A program made the position numbers and the translations under genes. From the NCBI GenBank assembly GCA_049840735.1, contig JASGJN010000013.1, forward strand, positions 288,001 through 352,000: a DNA stretch of 64,000 nt, written 5' to 3'. The notes beneath the pieces were generated by a model that searched no databases, was not told the DNA's origin, and worked only from the letters and a program-made list of their open reading frames with translations. Position 1 is the first letter of the stretch, and each line of letters opens with the position of its first letter. Shown piece by piece: positions 35,424 to 49,475 of this stretch. The stretch comes from Anaeromyxobacter sp. (GTDB lineage: Bacteria > Myxococcota > Myxococcia > Myxococcales > Anaeromyxobacteraceae).

Positions 35424-37976
35424 ATGCGCTCGCTGACGGTCGCCACCCGCATCTGGATCGCGCTCGGCGCGGCCCTGATGGCCCTGCTGCTGGTCTCCAT
35501 CCAGGCGCGCCACGTGCTCGGGACGCGGATGATGGAGGAGCGGCAGGCCAAGGTGCGCGCGGTGGTGGAGCTGGCGCACTCCGCGGTGGCCCGCTACCAG
35601 GCGCTGGCCGCGGCCGGGACGCTCTCCGAGGCGGACGCGCAGCGGGAGGCGCTGGCGGCGGTCAAGGCGCTCCGCTACGCCGGCAAGGAGTACGTCTGGG
35701 TCAACGACCTCCAGCCGAAGATGCTGATGCATCCCTTCAAGCCGGAGCTGGACGGCCAGGACCTCTCCGGCTTCGCCGACCCGGAGGGCAAGCACCTCTT
35801 CGTCCAGATGGTGGCGGTGGTGAAGGCCAGCCCGGAGGGCGGGTTCGTGGACTACCTCTGGCCCAAGCCCGGGCTGGACGCGCCGGTGGCGAAGACCTCC
35901 TTCGTGCAGCGGGTGGAGGGGTGGGACTGGGTGGTGGGCTCCGGGCTCTACCTCGACGACGTGGAGGCGGCGCTGCGGCGCGAGACCTGGCGCATCGTCC
36001 TCGCCACCGCGCTGGTGGCGCTGGTGCTGGGCACGGCCGTGGCGCTGATCGCGCGCTCGGTGAGGCGCAACGTGGCCGGGCTGCGGAGCGCCGCGGCCGG
36101 GCTGGCCGAGGCGGTGCGCGTGGGGCGGACCGAGGCGCGCGCCGAGCCGGGCGCGGTGGCGCCGGAGTTCCGCGCCATCGTGGACGGGATGAACGAGACC
36201 ATGGACGCCTTCGCGGCGCCCATCCGCGCCACCGCGGCCACCGCCGCGGCGCTGGGGCGGGGGGAGATCCCGCCGCTGGTCGAGACCGACCTGCGGGGCG
36301 ACTTCCGCGCCATCGCCGAGGGGCTCAACGGCTCGATCCGCTCGGTGGCGCTGCTGGTCTCCGACGTGGGGCGGCTGGCCGACGCCGCGCGCCAGGGCCG
36401 GCTGGGCGAGCGCGCCGACCCGGCCCGGCACGCGGGCGAGTTCCGCCGCGTGGTGGAGGCGCTGGACGGGACGCTGGACGCGCTGGTGGGCCCCATCCGC
36501 ACCGCCGCCGGGGTGGTGGACCAGCTGGCCCGCGGCGAGCTCCCGCCGCCCATCGGCGGCCGCTGGGCCGGCGACCTGGAGCCGCTGCGCGCCAACCTGG
36601 ACGCGCTGGCGGTGACGCTGCAGGCGGTGCTGGCCGAGCTGGACCGGAACGCCGCCGCCCTCTCGGAGGGCGATCACGACGACCGGCTCGACGCCGGGGC
36701 CTTCGACGGCGTCTACCGTCACATGGCGGAGCGCATGAACGCCGCCACGGGCCAGCAGGTGCAGACGCTGCTCCAGGTGCTGGAGACGCTGGCGGCCTAC
36801 GCCGAGGGCGACTTCCGGCCGGTGCTGGCGCCCATGCCCGGCAAGCTCTCGGTGGCCAACGCCCGCCTGGACCTGGTCCGCCACAACCTGCTGGCGCTGG
36901 CGGCGGAGCTCGGCCGGGTGAGCGAGGAGGCCGCCGCCGGCCGGCTGGCCGCGCGCGCCGCGCCGGAGCGGTTCCGCGGCGACTGGCGCGCGCTGGTCAC
37001 CGGGCTCAACGGCATGCTGGAGGCGCTGGCGGCGCCGGTGACCGAGGCGGTGACGGCGCTGGAGGCGCTGGCCGCGCGCGACCTGACGGCCCGCTCGCCG
37101 GGCGGACACCAGGGCGATCACGCCCGGCTCGCCGACGCGGTCAACGCCACCGCCGGCGCGCTCCAGGCGGCGCTGCGCCAGGTGAGCGGCACGGTGGAGG
37201 AGGTGCAGGGCGCCGCGCAGCAGATCGCCAGCACCAGCCACACGCTGGCCACCGGCGCCTCGGAGCAGGCCTCGGCGGTGGAGACCACCACCGGCCGGCT
37301 CGAGGCGGTGGTGGCCATGACCCACACCACCGCCGACCGGGCCCGCCAGGCCAGCCAGCTGGCGCGGGAGGCGGACGGCGCCGCGCGCCAGGGCTCCGAG
37401 GCGGTGCGGCAGCTGACCGGCGCCATGGGCGAGATCCGCTCGGCGGCCGAGCGCACCTCCGAGATCATCCGCGACATCAACGACATCGCGTTCCAGACCA
37501 ACCTGCTCGCGCTCAACGCCGCCGTGGAGGCGGCGCGCGCCGGCGACGCCGGGCGCGGCTTCGCGGTGGTGGCCGAGGAGGTCCGGTCGCTGGCCGGCCG
37601 CTCCAAGGAGGCCGCCGCCCGCACCGAGGCGCTGATCCGCGAGTCGGTGCGCCAGGCCGGCGAGGGCGCCAGCGCCACCGCGGCGCTGGGGACCACGCTC
37701 ACCCGCATCGGCGCCTCGGTGGGCCGGGCCACCGCGCTGGTGGAGGAGATCGACGCCGCCACCGCCGCCCAGGCCACCGCCGTGGACCAGATGCGCAAGG
37801 CCATGTCCGAGGTCGGCTCGGTGGCGGCGCAGAACGCGGCCGGCGCCGAGGAGTCGAGCGCGGCGGCGGCCGAGCTCTCCGGCCAGTCGGCGCAGCTGGC
37901 CACGCTGGTGGCCCGGTTCAGGCTCGGCGAGGAGCAGCCGGCGCTGGCCCCGGCGCCGCACCGCCGGCGCGCCTGA
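35424..37976 (+). CDS. Methyl-accepting chemotaxis protein (single Cache_2 sensor, poly-HAMP linker)
   Basis: 'EYVWVND...MLMHP.KPELDG' and '[10 protein letters not shown]'. Repeated HAMP-like units. Tip motif '[20 protein letters not shown]'. Confidence 0.93.
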   Translation: MRSLTVATRIWIALGAALMALLLVSIQARHVLGTRMMEERQAKVRAVVELAHSAVARYQALAAAGTLSEADAQREALAAVKALRYAGKEYVWVNDLQPKMLMHPFKPELDGQDLSGFADPEGKHLFVQMVAVVKASPEGGFVDYLWPKPGLDAPVAKTSFVQRVEGWDWVVGSGLYLDDVEAALRRETWRIVLATALVALVLGTAVALIARSVRRNVAGLRSAAAGLAEAVRVGRTEARAEPGAVAPEFRAIVDGMNETMDAFAAPIRATAATAAALGRGEIPPLVETDLRGDFRAIAEGLNGSIRSVALLVSDVGRLADAARQGRLGERADPARHAGEFRRVVEALDGTLDALVGPIRTAAGVVDQLARGELPPPIGGRWAGDLEPLRANLDALAVTLQAVLAELDRNAAALSEGDHDDRLDAGAFDGVYRHMAERMNAATGQQVQTLLQVLETLAAYAEGDFRPVLAPMPGKLSVANARLDLVRHNLLALAAELGRVSEEAAAGRLAARAAPERFRGDWRALVTGLNGMLEALAAPVTEAVTALEALAARDLTARSPGGHQGDHARLADAVNATAGALQAALRQVSGTVEEVQGAAQQIASTSHTLATGASEQASAVETTTGRLEAVVAMTHTTADRARQASQLAREADGAARQGSEAVRQLTGAMGEIRSAAERTSEIIRDINDIAFQTNLLALNAAVEAARAGDAGRGFAVVAEEVRSLAGRSKEAAARTEALIRESVRQAGEGASATAALGTTLTRIGASVGRATALVEEIDAATAAQATAVDQMRKAMSEVGSVAAQNAAGAEESSAAAAELSGQSAQLATLVARFRLGEEQPALAPAPHRRRA

Positions 37977-38066
37977 GCCGGCGCCGCGACCGCACGCCAT
38001 CCCTCCCCGGCGCCGGGCCCGGGGTAGAGTGCCCGCTCGGCCGCCGAGGCGGCAGGGGGGAGCGCC

Positions 38067-38744
38067 ATGGGCCACGGGGTCACGGAGACGGCGGTGGGGG
38101 CGGCGCGGCTGGCCGCGGGCGCGGCGGCGCGCTTCCTGGCGCGCTGGGTGCCGCTCTTGATCGTGAACCTGGTGTTCATGGGCCTGACGGCCCAGCGGCT
38201 CTGGGGCGCCGGCTGCGGGGCGGGGGGGCTGCTCGGCTGCCTCCCCTCGCTCGCGCTCTCGGTCCTCTTCCTGGTGGGGTTCCCCGCGCTCTACTGGGCC
38301 ATCCTGCTCCCGCTGACGCTGCGGCGGGCGCTGGTGTCGCTGGTCGCGTCGCGGCGCGACGTGCTGGAGTCCGCCTGCGCGCGACCGCTGGCGGCGGCGC
38401 TGGCCAGGCTGCCGCCCGGCTGGACCGGCGGGCAGACCAGCGGCCAGCTGCGCGCGCTGGTGGGCGAGGTCGAGGCGGAGACCACCTCGGCGCTGGGCGC
38501 CGCGCTGCAGCTCCCCGCGCTGTTCACGCCGGTGCTGCGCAAGCTGGTGGGGAGCGCGACCGAGGGCCCCGTCCCGCAGGGCGCGCCGGCCGCTGGCGCC
38601 AGCTCCGACGACTGGGCGGTCTTCCTGGCGCGCCAGCTGGTGGAGCGCGTGCTGAAACGCGCCCGCGGCGGAGCGGGCTGGCCCTTCGTGCTCACCCTGA
38701 TCGTGAACGGGGCGGTCTTCGTCGGGGTCATGCTCCTGGCGTGA
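38067..38744 (+). CDS. Hypothetical membrane protein
   Basis: About three hydrophobic segments, GGAG SD and GC3 bias. Confidence 0.65.
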   Translation: MGHGVTETAVGAARLAAGAAARFLARWVPLLIVNLVFMGLTAQRLWGAGCGAGGLLGCLPSLALSVLFLVGFPALYWAILLPLTLRRALVSLVASRRDVLESACARPLAAALARLPPGWTGGQTSGQLRALVGEVEAETTSALGAALQLPALFTPVLRKLVGSATEGPVPQGAPAAGASSDDWAVFLARQLVERVLKRARGGAGWPFVLTLIVNGAVFVGVMLLA

Positions 38745-38782
38745 ACGGGGCGGGTAAGCCGGACGAGGGCTAGGTTGGCGGC

Positions 38783-39397
38783 GTGCCCTCCATGATCCTC
38801 CGTCCTGCTCCGGCCCTGCGCCTGCTCGTCCTCGCCTGCCTCCTGGCCTGCGCGGGCCGCAAGGCCGCGCCCAGCGCGGCGGGCGGCCCCGGCCCCACCG
38901 CCCGGCCCCCCGACCCGGCGGGGCGCTGCACGCTGGTGCTGGGCGGCAGCGGCACCGTCTTCGAGGACGAGGCGGTGAACCAGCGCTGGGAGGCCATCGA
39001 CCGGACCGTGGCCCAGTCCGCCGCCGAGCAGCTCACCGCCGAGGGCCACCGGGCCGAGCTCTACTTCTCGCCCGAGCGCGACCCGGCCCGGCACGCCCAG
39101 GCGGTGGGCGCCGAGCGGGCGCGGCGCGGCTGCGGGCGGCTGCTCCAGCTGGCGCGCTTCGTCGAAGGGCCCCCCGGGCAGCGCCGGTTCGGCTACGAGG
39201 CCTCGGTGCTGGTCCCGGTGGGCCCGCAGCCGGCGGCGGGGCCGTTCAGGGTCCGCACCGCCTGGTCGCGCCGCTACGCCTTCGCGCTGGCGCCCGAGGT
39301 GCTGGACGGCTTCTCCTTCGACGGCCTGGGCCGCCGCGCGGCGCGCGACGCGGCCCGGAGCGGGGAGCTGCCGGCGCAGGCGGAGGATGGGGGCTGA
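38783..39397 (+). CDS. Hypothetical lipoprotein
   Basis: '[10 protein letters not shown]' lipobox. TAGGTT lies 6 nt before the GTG. Confidence 0.65.
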   Translation: MPSMILRPAPALRLLVLACLLACAGRKAAPSAAGGPGPTARPPDPAGRCTLVLGGSGTVFEDEAVNQRWEAIDRTVAQSAAEQLTAEGHRAELYFSPERDPARHAQAVGAERARRGCGRLLQLARFVEGPPGQRRFGYEASVLVPVGPQPAAGPFRVRTAWSRRYAFALAPEVLDGFSFDGLGRRAARDAARSGELPAQAEDGG

Positions 39398-39452
39398 GCT
39401 CCCCGGGGCAAGCGGGGGTGCGGAGCGCGCCGACCCGCGGTAAAGCAGCCCC

Positions 39453-40894
39453 ATGTCCCTGCGCCGCCTCGAGGGTGATTCTCTGGGAGCTTCCGCGCCA
39501 GGGCCGGATGCGGGTGCCGGGGCGCGTCTACTCGGCCGGTCCGCCGGCGCCGGACGATCCCTCCCTGGAGCAGGTGCGCAACGTGGCCCACCTGCCCGGC
39601 ATCCTCCGCTTCTCGCTGGCCATGCCCGACATCCACTGGGGCTACGGCTTCCCCATCGGCGGCGTGGCCGCGGTGGACGCGGAGGACGGGGCGGTTCTCC
39701 CCGGGCGGCGTGGGCTATGACATCAACTGCGGCGTCCGGCTGGTGACCACCGGGCTCGACGCCGACGAGGTGCGACCGCGGCTCCACCCGCTGGCGGCCC
39801 AGCTCTACCGCGACGTGCCCACCGGCGTGGGCGCCAGCGCCGCCATCCCGCCGCTCTCGGCGCGCGAGCTGGGCGAGGTCCTCTCCGAGGGGGCGCGCTG
39901 GGCGGTGCGCCGCGGCTACGCCGCCGCCCCCGACGACGCCGAGCGGTGCGAGGAGGGCGGGCGGCTGGCGGGCGCCGACCCGGACGCGGTGAGCGCGCGG
40001 GCCCGCGAGCGCGGGGCCGGCCAGCTCGGCACGCTGGGCAGCGGCAACCACTTCCTCGAGGTGGACCGGGTGGCGGAGGTGTACGCGCCCGACGCGGCCG
40101 AGGCGTTCGGGCTGCGGCCGGAGCAGGTGGTGGTGCAGATCCACTCCGGCTCGCGCGGGCTCGGCTACCAGGTCTGCGACGAGACGCTGGCCGCGCTGGG
40201 GCCGCGCCTGGGCGCGTTCGGCCCCGACTACGCCGACCTGCCCGACCGCCAGCTGGCCTGCGCGCCGGTCCGGAGCCCGGAGGGGCGGCAGTACCTGGGC
40301 GCCATGCAGGCCGCGGCCAACTTCGCCTGGGCCAACCGGCAGGTGATGACCGGGCTGGTGGTGCGCGCCTTCCTGCACGCGCTGGGGATCTCCGAGCGCG
40401 ACCTCTCGGCCCGCCTGCTCTACGACGTCTGCCACAACGTGGCCAAGGTGGAGGAGCACCAGGTCGACGGCCGCCCGCGGCGCGTGCTGGTCCACCGCAA
40501 GGGCGCGACCCGCGCCTTCGGCCCGGGCGACCCGCGCGTGCCCGCGCCCTACCGCGAGGTGGGCCAGCCGGTCCTCATCCCCGGCGACATGGGGCGCTAC
40601 TCCTACGTGCTGGCCGGCACCGCCCGCGCCATGGCCGACACCTTCGGCAGCTCCTGCCACGGCGCGGGCCGGCTCCTCTCCCGCGGCGAGGCCCTGCGCC
40701 GCGCCAAGGGGCGCTCCATCGCGAGCGAGCTGGCCGGCCGCGGCATCGAGGTCCTGGCCCGGGCGAAGAAGACGCTCGCCGAGGAGATGAGCGAGGCCTA
40801 CAAGGACGTGGCCCAGGTGGTGGCGGTGATGGACCGGGCGGGCATCTCGCGGCTGGTGGCCCGGCTCGAGCCCCTGGCCGTCGTGAAGGGGTGA
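39453..40894 (+). CDS. rtcB: RtcB RNA ligase (frameshifts near 39479 and 39696)
   Basis: '[15 protein letters not shown]', '[10 protein letters not shown]', '[11 protein letters not shown]', 'HRKGAT' and 'SSCHGAGR'. Confidence 0.95.
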
Positions 40895-40994
40895 GCCCGA
40901 CGCGGGCCCCGCTCCCCACCGCCGGCCGCGGGGTGGGGCGCAACCCCGGCGCGAGCTCCCGCCGCGCGGCGGTGGCGTGCGTAGCTTCTCCGGC

Positions 40995-41213
40995 ATGGGC
41001 GAGACCGCCAGGCCCCACCTCCTGCTCCTCAAGGGAGGCCGCCGGAGCGACGCGCCGAGCCGGCGGACGCTCCCCCGCGACGCCCTGCGCGTGATCCCGG
41101 GCGGGCCGGCGGGCGACCTCCAGGCCGCCATCGAGGAGACCGTGCAGGCCGCGCGCCGCATGCGGCAGGAGATTGAGGAGCGGATCTCCAGGGCGCTCGA
41201 CGAGCTGTTTTGA
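40995..41213 (+). CDS. Small hypothetical protein (72 aa) with a coiled-coil C-terminus
   Basis: TAGCTT 7 nt before ATG, plausible codon bias, 'LQAAIEETVQAARRMRQEIEERI'. Confidence 0.65.
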   Translation: MGETARPHLLLLKGGRRSDAPSRRTLPRDALRVIPGGPAGDLQAAIEETVQAARRMRQEIEERISRALDELF

Positions 41214-41295
41214 GCGCGGGCCCGACAGGGCGACCGGGATGCCGCGGGCCTTCCAGGGCCGGGCGGCTGGGTGCCTCCCCGGTTAAGCCCGGTCC

Positions 41296-43464
<2,169 letters not shown>

Positions 43465-43676
43465 ACGCCGGCGGCGCGGCCACCGGCGGCGCTGCATCGG
43501 CTGCGCGGGCCTCCGCTCCGGAGCCGCACCGTGCGTCCGCACGGCTGCGTCTCTTCACCCAGCCCGTGGGTGCGAGCTCCCCCCTGGGTCCTCCCTGACG
43601 GCGGCGCGACCCTGGCCCGGCCTGCGGAACCGTGCGCAGGGAAGGCGCTCCGTGCGATCCCGCCGGCGCCGGCCGC

Positions 43677-43692
43677 TGGCACGGCGGCTGCT
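43677..43692 (+). promoter_or_regulatory. Putative sigma-54 promoter of mcp-cheW
   Basis: TGGCACGGCGGCTGCT with GG-N10-GC spacing. Confidence 0.55.
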
Positions 43693-43824
43693 TTGCAGCC
43701 GGCGCTGCCGCGCGCCGACCGGCGCGCCCGCGACCAAGCCCGATGGCACCTGCCCCTTGCTGCGCTGCGGCATGGCAGGGGGAGCCTCGGCCAACAGCAG
43801 ACGCACGCCCGGCGTGCGGGAAGG

Positions 43825-45658
43825 ATGTCGAAGATGCGGTGGTACAGGGATGCGAGGCTGGTGGTGAAGCTGGTGCTCGGGTTCGCGCTGGTCGCGCTGA
43901 TCGCCGGCGCGGTGGGTGCGTACGGCTACGCGAAGCTGCAGGATCTCCCGGGCCGCGGACACCTTCCTGTACGAGAAGAGCGCGCTCGGGCTCCGCTACG
44001 TGGGCGAGATCAACGGCGAGTTCCGCGCCGAGCGCGGCTTCCTCTACGAGGCCCTGCTGGCCCGGACCGAGGCGGCGCGGGACTCGGCGCTGCGGGAGGT
44101 CGCGGACCGCGAGAAGAACCTGGCCGTGGCCTTCGAGCGCTACCCCGGCACCATCGCCACCGACGCGGATCGCGCGCGCTTCGACACGCTCCAGGCCGCC
44201 TGGACCCGCTACTCCGGCCAGCTGGCCGCGGTGGTGGAGAACATCCGGGCCGGGAAGACCGAGGCCGCCAACAACCTCCTCCAGGGCGCGTTCCTCGACG
44301 AGGTCAAGGCCATGCGCACCGCCATCCGGGCCATCCTGGACGCCAACGCCGCGGCCGCCGAGGCCACCGCGACCGCGAACAGCACCCTGGCCGAGGCCGC
44401 CGGGCGCTCGATGCTCGCCATCGCCGGCCTGGCCATGGGCGTGGCGCTGGTCCTGGGCCTGCTCATCGCCCGGTCCATCGGCCGGCCGGTGAAGGCGCTG
44501 GTGACCGCGGCCCAGCAGCTGGCGGTGGGCGACCTCGACACGGAGGTCGCGGTCGACCGCCGCGACGAGGTGGGAGAGCTGGCGGGCGCGTTCGGTGGGA
44601 TGGTGGACGCCATGCGCGGCGTGACCCGCACCGCCCAGGAGATCGCCTGCGGGAACCTGGCGGTCGAGGTGCGCGCGCGCTCCGAGCGGGACGCGCTCAT
44701 GAAGGCCCTCGCCGCCATGGTCCAGCAGCTCTCCTCGGTGGCCCAGACCGTCCGAAGCGCGGCCGACAACGTGGCCGCCGGGTCCACGCAGCTCAGCAGC
44801 GCCTCCGACCAGCTCTCGCAGGGCGCCACCCAGCAGGCCGCCTCGATCGAGGAGATCTCCGCCTCGATGGAGGAGATGAGCGCGAACGTCCGGCAGAACG
44901 CGGACAACTCCACCCAGACCGAGCGGATCGCGCTCAAGGCGGCGTCCGATGCGCGGGAGGGCGGGGAGGCCGTGGCGCGGACCGTCGAGGCCATGAAGCA
45001 GATCGCCGGGAAGATCTCCATCATCGAGGAGATCTCGCGGCAGACCAACCTGCTGGCGCTCAACGCCGCCATCGAGGCGGCCCGGGCCGGCGAGCACGGC
45101 AAGGGCTTCGCGGTGGTCGCCTCCGAGGTGCGGAAGCTGGCCGAGCGCAGCCAGAAGGCGGCCGGGGAGATCACCGCGCTGTCCGGCACCAGCGTGGCCG
45201 TGGCCGAGAAGGCCGGCGGCCTCCTGGCGCAGATCCTGCCGGGCGTGCAGCGGACCGCCGAGCTGGTCCAGGAGATCACCGCCGCCAGCCGCGAGCAGGA
45301 CAGCGGCGCCACCCAGATCACCCAGGCCATCCAGCAGCTGGACAACGTCATCCAGCAGAACGCGTCCGGCGCCGAGGAGAACAGCTCCACGGCGGAGGAG
45401 CTGACCAGCCAGGCGGTCCAGCTGCGCGACGCCATCGGCTTCTTCCGCCTCGCCGGCGAGGCCGGCGGCGCGCCGTCGCGGCCGGCCCTGCCGGCCTCCC
45501 AGCGGGCGGCCCGGAGCGGTCACGCCCGCCCCGCGCCCCGGGCGGCCCGGCGCGAGCCGGCGGCCGCGCGGGAGGCCGCGCCCGGCGGGCGGAGCGGCGT
45601 CGAGCTGGACCTGGGCCCCGACGCGCCGGCCGAGGCCGGGTTCAAGCCGTACACCTGA
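43825..45658 (+). CDS. Methyl-accepting chemotaxis protein with 4HB sensor (frameshift near 43942)
   Basis: TM1 '[17 protein letters not shown]', 4HB region, TM2, HAMP and '[27 protein letters not shown]'. Confidence 0.92.
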
Positions 45659-45676
45659 CGCGCCCGGAGACCGACC

Positions 45677-46192
45677 ATGACGACCGGAGCAGCCCCCGAC
45701 CGCTCGCCGTACCTGACCTTCGTCCTCGCGCAGGAGCACTACGCCATCGACATCGCGAAGGTGCGGGAGGTGCTCGAGTTCACGCAGGCCAGGCGGATCC
45801 CGCGCGCGCCTCCCTCCGTCCGCGGCGTCATCAACCTCCGCGGGCAGGTCGTCCCGGTGATCGACCTGCGCCTCCAGCTCGGGCTGGACCCCGCCGAGCC
45901 CACCCTGGACACCAGCGTGATCATCACCGAGGTGGTGCTGGACGGCGCCACGCTGGTGCTGGGGGCGATCGCCGACGCGGTCCAGGAGGTGATCGAGCTG
46001 GACGCGGCCGCCATCGCCCCACCGCCTCGCATGGGAGCTCGTGCCGACACGCGCTTCATCCGCGGCCTCTACCACCACGAGGACCGGCTCCTGATGCTGC
46101 TGGACCTCGAGCGCGCGCTCTCGGACGAGGACCTGCGCGCTGCCGCCGGCGCGCAGGTCCCGGGCGCGGAGGCCCCTGGCCAGCCGGGCTGA
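45677..46192 (+). CDS. cheW: Chemotaxis coupling protein CheW
   Basis: 'YLTF.L..E.YAIDI..VREV' and 'GVINLRGQVVPVIDLR'. Confidence 0.95.
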   Translation: MTTGAAPDRSPYLTFVLAQEHYAIDIAKVREVLEFTQARRIPRAPPSVRGVINLRGQVVPVIDLRLQLGLDPAEPTLDTSVIITEVVLDGATLVLGAIADAVQEVIELDAAAIAPPPRMGARADTRFIRGLYHHEDRLLMLLDLERALSDEDLRAAAGAQVPGAEAPGQPG

Positions 46193-46270
46193 TCCCGGCG
46201 CCCTGACGTCCCGCTGGCGAGCGCGGCGGGGGCGTGCCACGCTGCGGGTCTCCCGCACCGGAGACCGCAC

Positions 46271-48258
46271 ATGACGCCCGCCCTCGCCCTCGCCCTCACC
46301 CTCGCGGCCGGACCGGCGCCTGCCGCCGCCGCCCCGGGCGCGCCCGCCGTGGCGCCCGGCTACAGCGGCCTCGGCCTCGCCAGCGTGACGCCGGAGGTGC
46401 TGCAGCGCTTCGCGCCGCGGCCCATCGACCCCGGGCTGGGCCGGCGCATCCAGCAGATGAAGGACGTGCGGGCGCCCGGGCTGGGGCTCCTCTCCGACGA
46501 CGGCCGGCGGCTCTTCTTCACCTGGAGCGTCACCGGGACGTCGCAGGTCTGGCGGCTCGACGGGCCGGACCGCTTCCCGGTGCAGCTCACCGGCGGCGAG
46601 GACCGGACCGCGGTGGTGGACCTCACGCCGGACGGGAAGACGCTGGTCCTCTCCCGCGATCGCAAGGGCGAGGAGAACCCGGGCATCTACCTCCTCCCGG
46701 CGGACGGCGGGGAGCCGCGGGCGGTGCAGCACCAGCCCGGCGTGCAGAGCCGCGCCGCCTTCGTCTCGCGCGACGGCCGGTGGCTCTACTACTCCGCCAA
46801 CGACCGCCAGCCGGACGCCTACGCCGTCTACCGGTACGAGCTGGCCACCGGCAGGAAGGAGCTGCTGGTGGACGCGCCCGGCCTGTGGTCGCCGGTGGAC
46901 CTGCGCGAGGACGGCGCGCTGCTGCTCCAGAAGGAGACCGGCGCGCTCACCAGCGAGTGGTGGGAGCGGCCGGCGACCGGCGGCGCGCTGGCGCCGCTGC
47001 TGGGCCAGGACGCGCCGCAGGAGTACGACGTGCGCTACGGCGCCGGGCGCGGCGAGCTGCTGGTGCTGACGCCCAGGCTGGGCGAGTTCCGCCGCCTCTA
47101 CCGGCTGCGCGAGGGCCGCCTCGAGCCGATCACGCCCCAGCTGCGCTGGGACGTCTCCGCCTTCACCGTGGACCGGGCCCGCAGGCGGATTTCTATGCGG
47201 TCAACGAGGGCGGCTACACCCGCCTGTCCGCGCTCGACGCGCGCACGCTGCGACCGGTCGAGCTGCCCGCCTTCCCCGGCGCGGACCACGTCTACGCCGG
47301 CGAGCCCACGCGCAGCGGCCGCTGGGTCACGCTGGGCGTCGAGACGCCCACCGCGCCGCGCGCCAGCGCCGTGCTCGACACCACCACCGGGAAGCTCACC
47401 CGCTGGCTCATGCCCAGCGCGCCGGAGCTCGACACGCGCCGCTTCGTGGCCGCGACGCTCACCACCTACCCGGCGCGCGACGGCACGCCCATCCCCGCCA
47501 TCGTGCGCCGGCCGCCCGGCTGCGACACCGCCGCCACGCCCTGCCCGGTGGTGGTCGAGTTCCACGGCGGCCCGGAGGGCCAGGCCAAGCCGGGCTTCGA
47601 TCCCGGCGCCCAGCTCTTCCTGGACGAGGGCTTCGTGCTGGTCGAGCCCAACGTGCGCGGCAGCGACGGCTACGGCCGCGCCTGGCTGGACGCCGACAAC
47701 GGCCCGCGGCGGCTGGGGGTGGTCACCGACATCGAGGACGCCGCCACCTGGGCGCGCCAGGCCTTCGCCCGGAACGGCCAGGCGCCCAAGGTGGGCATCT
47801 ACGGCGGGAGCTACGGCGGCTACTCGGCGCTCACCGGCATGACCCGGTTCGGCGGGGCCTACGACGCCGGCGTGTCGGTGGTCGGCATCGCCAACCTGGT
47901 CACCTTCCTCGAGAACACCGCGCCCTACCGCCGCCTGCTGCGGGTGACCGAGTACGGCGACCCGCAGCAGGACCGGCAGGCGCTGGTGGAGCTCTCGCCG
48001 GTGACCTACGTGGACCGGGTCAAGGGGCCGCTCCTGGTGCTCCAGGGCGCGAACGATCCGCGCGTGCCGGTGGGCGAGGCGGTGCAGATCCACGACGCGC
48101 TCGCCGCCCGCGGCCTGCCGGTCGAGCTGGTCATCTACCCGGACGAGGGGCACGGCGCCGGCAAGCGCGAGAACCAGGTGCACATGATCGGGAAGGCGCT
48201 GCTCTTCTTCCGCGCGCACCTGGGCCCCTCGCCGGCTCGCGGGGCGCCGCGGCCCTGA
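46271..48258 (+). CDS. Exported S9 prolyl oligopeptidase-family peptidase (frameshift near 47190)
   Basis: Signal peptide, propeller region, 'HGGPE', 'GGSYGG', 'GANDPRV' and 'DEGHG'. Confidence 0.92.
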
Positions 48259-48315
48259 AGCGCCGCGGGCCGGTCACCGTGGGGTGACCGGCCCTGGCTG
48301 CGCCGCTTCCTTGCT

Positions 48316-48344
48316 GAGGCCTGACGCCTGGGGGCCCGAGGCCC
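48316..48344. repeat. Short GCCTG/GCCCG heptamer-type repeat between convergent genes
   Basis: GAGGCCTGACGCCTGGGGGCCCGAGGCCC, related to the array at 61631-61712. Confidence 0.4.
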
Positions 48345-48345
48345 T

Positions 48346-48759
48346 CTACTTGCGGCGCGCGTCGATCTCGCCCTGCAGCGCGTCCAGCTTCTCGTCCTTC
48401 GCAGCCGGCGCGGCCTCGGTCTTCTCCGGCGCCTTGCCGGTCAGGTGGGCCTCGCCCGGCTGCCAGCCCGGGCTCATGGTGCCGGCCAGCTCGGTGGCGG
48501 AGCGGCGGAAGAGCTTCAGGACCGGCGAGGCGACGTGCGCGAGCAGCAGCGCGAAGCCGATGAAGGGGAGGAACATCAGGAAGGTGAGGCCCAGCACCGG
48601 CGTGAGCACCAGCGCCAGCAGGGTCGGGATCTTCATCCAGTCGCCCTTGCCCTCGGGGAGCCGCTCGCCGTCGCGCGCCACCGGCTGGATGGCCCACCGG
48701 GCCGCGTTGAGGTAGTAGCCGCTGTTGACCGCCGCGCCGCTCTGGAACCGGTTCGCCAT
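48346..48759 (-). CDS. Hypothetical membrane protein
   Basis: GGGAG SD. 'SGYYLN', then a hydrophobic 'LLALVLTPVLGLTFLMFLPFIGFALL' and 'PGWQPGEAHL'. Confidence 0.75.
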   Translation of the reverse strand: MANRFQSGAAVNSGYYLNAARWAIQPVARDGERLPEGKGDWMKIPTLLALVLTPVLGLTFLMFLPFIGFALLLAHVASPVLKLFRRSATELAGTMSPGWQPGEAHLTGKAPEKTEAAPAAKDEKLDALQGEIDARRK

Positions 48760-49100
48760 GACGTGCTCCCTTTCGTGCTTCGCAAGAGGTTCGAAGGCTG
48801 TCTTCGGTTCGTAATCTCTCGCATCCCGGCCTCCGCCGATATTGGGCCGGCGCCCGAGCCTCGCGGGAAAGAGTCCGGTGCGGGGCGCGGCGGACTCCGG
48901 AGGAGCGCATCGGGAAACCGCCCGAGGCGATTCCCCTGCGGCAGAACCGCGCGATCCCGGGGGGTCGGGGCCGCCGGCGCGGCACCGGAGCGGCGCCGGC
49001 CGGGGCCGGACGCCCCGGGACCGGCCGATCCTGCCCACCCGCGAACAAGCGGTCACGCGCCGTTCATCCGACCTCCACGGCGCCGGTCCAGGCTCCCAGC

Positions 49101-49463
49101 ATGAAGAAGCGCGCTCCTGTCCTGCTGGTGGATGACGACGACGTGCTCCGGACCGCCGTGGCCAGGCTGCTCCGCCACACCGGGCTCGAGGTGGTGGAGG
49201 CCCACGACGGCGGCGAGGCGCTGGCGCTGCTGGGCGCGGAAGGCCTGCGGCCCGGCGTGATCGTCACGGACCTGCAGATGCCGCGGGTGGGCGGCGCGGC
49301 GCTGGTCCAGGCGGTGCGCAGCGCGCCGGCGCTCGACGGCGTGCCCATCGTGCTGGTCTCCGGCGGCGAGATGCGCGACGTGGGCGCGGATCGCTACCTG
49401 GCCAAGCCCTACAGCCCCACCGACCTGCTCGACACGATGGACGCGTTGGCCCGCGCCGGCTGA
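49101..49463 (+). CDS. Single-domain response regulator
   Basis: 'VLLVDDD', 'IVTDLQMP' and 'YLAKPY'. Confidence 0.9.
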   Translation: MKKRAPVLLVDDDDVLRTAVARLLRHTGLEVVEAHDGGEALALLGAEGLRPGVIVTDLQMPRVGGAALVQAVRSAPALDGVPIVLVSGGEMRDVGADRYLAKPYSPTDLLDTMDALARAG

Positions 49464-49475
49464 TCGCCGCTCCGC

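Noticed and set aside
39453..39720. Programmed frameshifting or pseudogenisation of rtcB, kup, katG and others
   Set aside because: No slippery heptamers, and catalytic motifs are intact. The shifts sit at GATC, GGTCTC or homopolymers, so sequencing error is more parsimonious.
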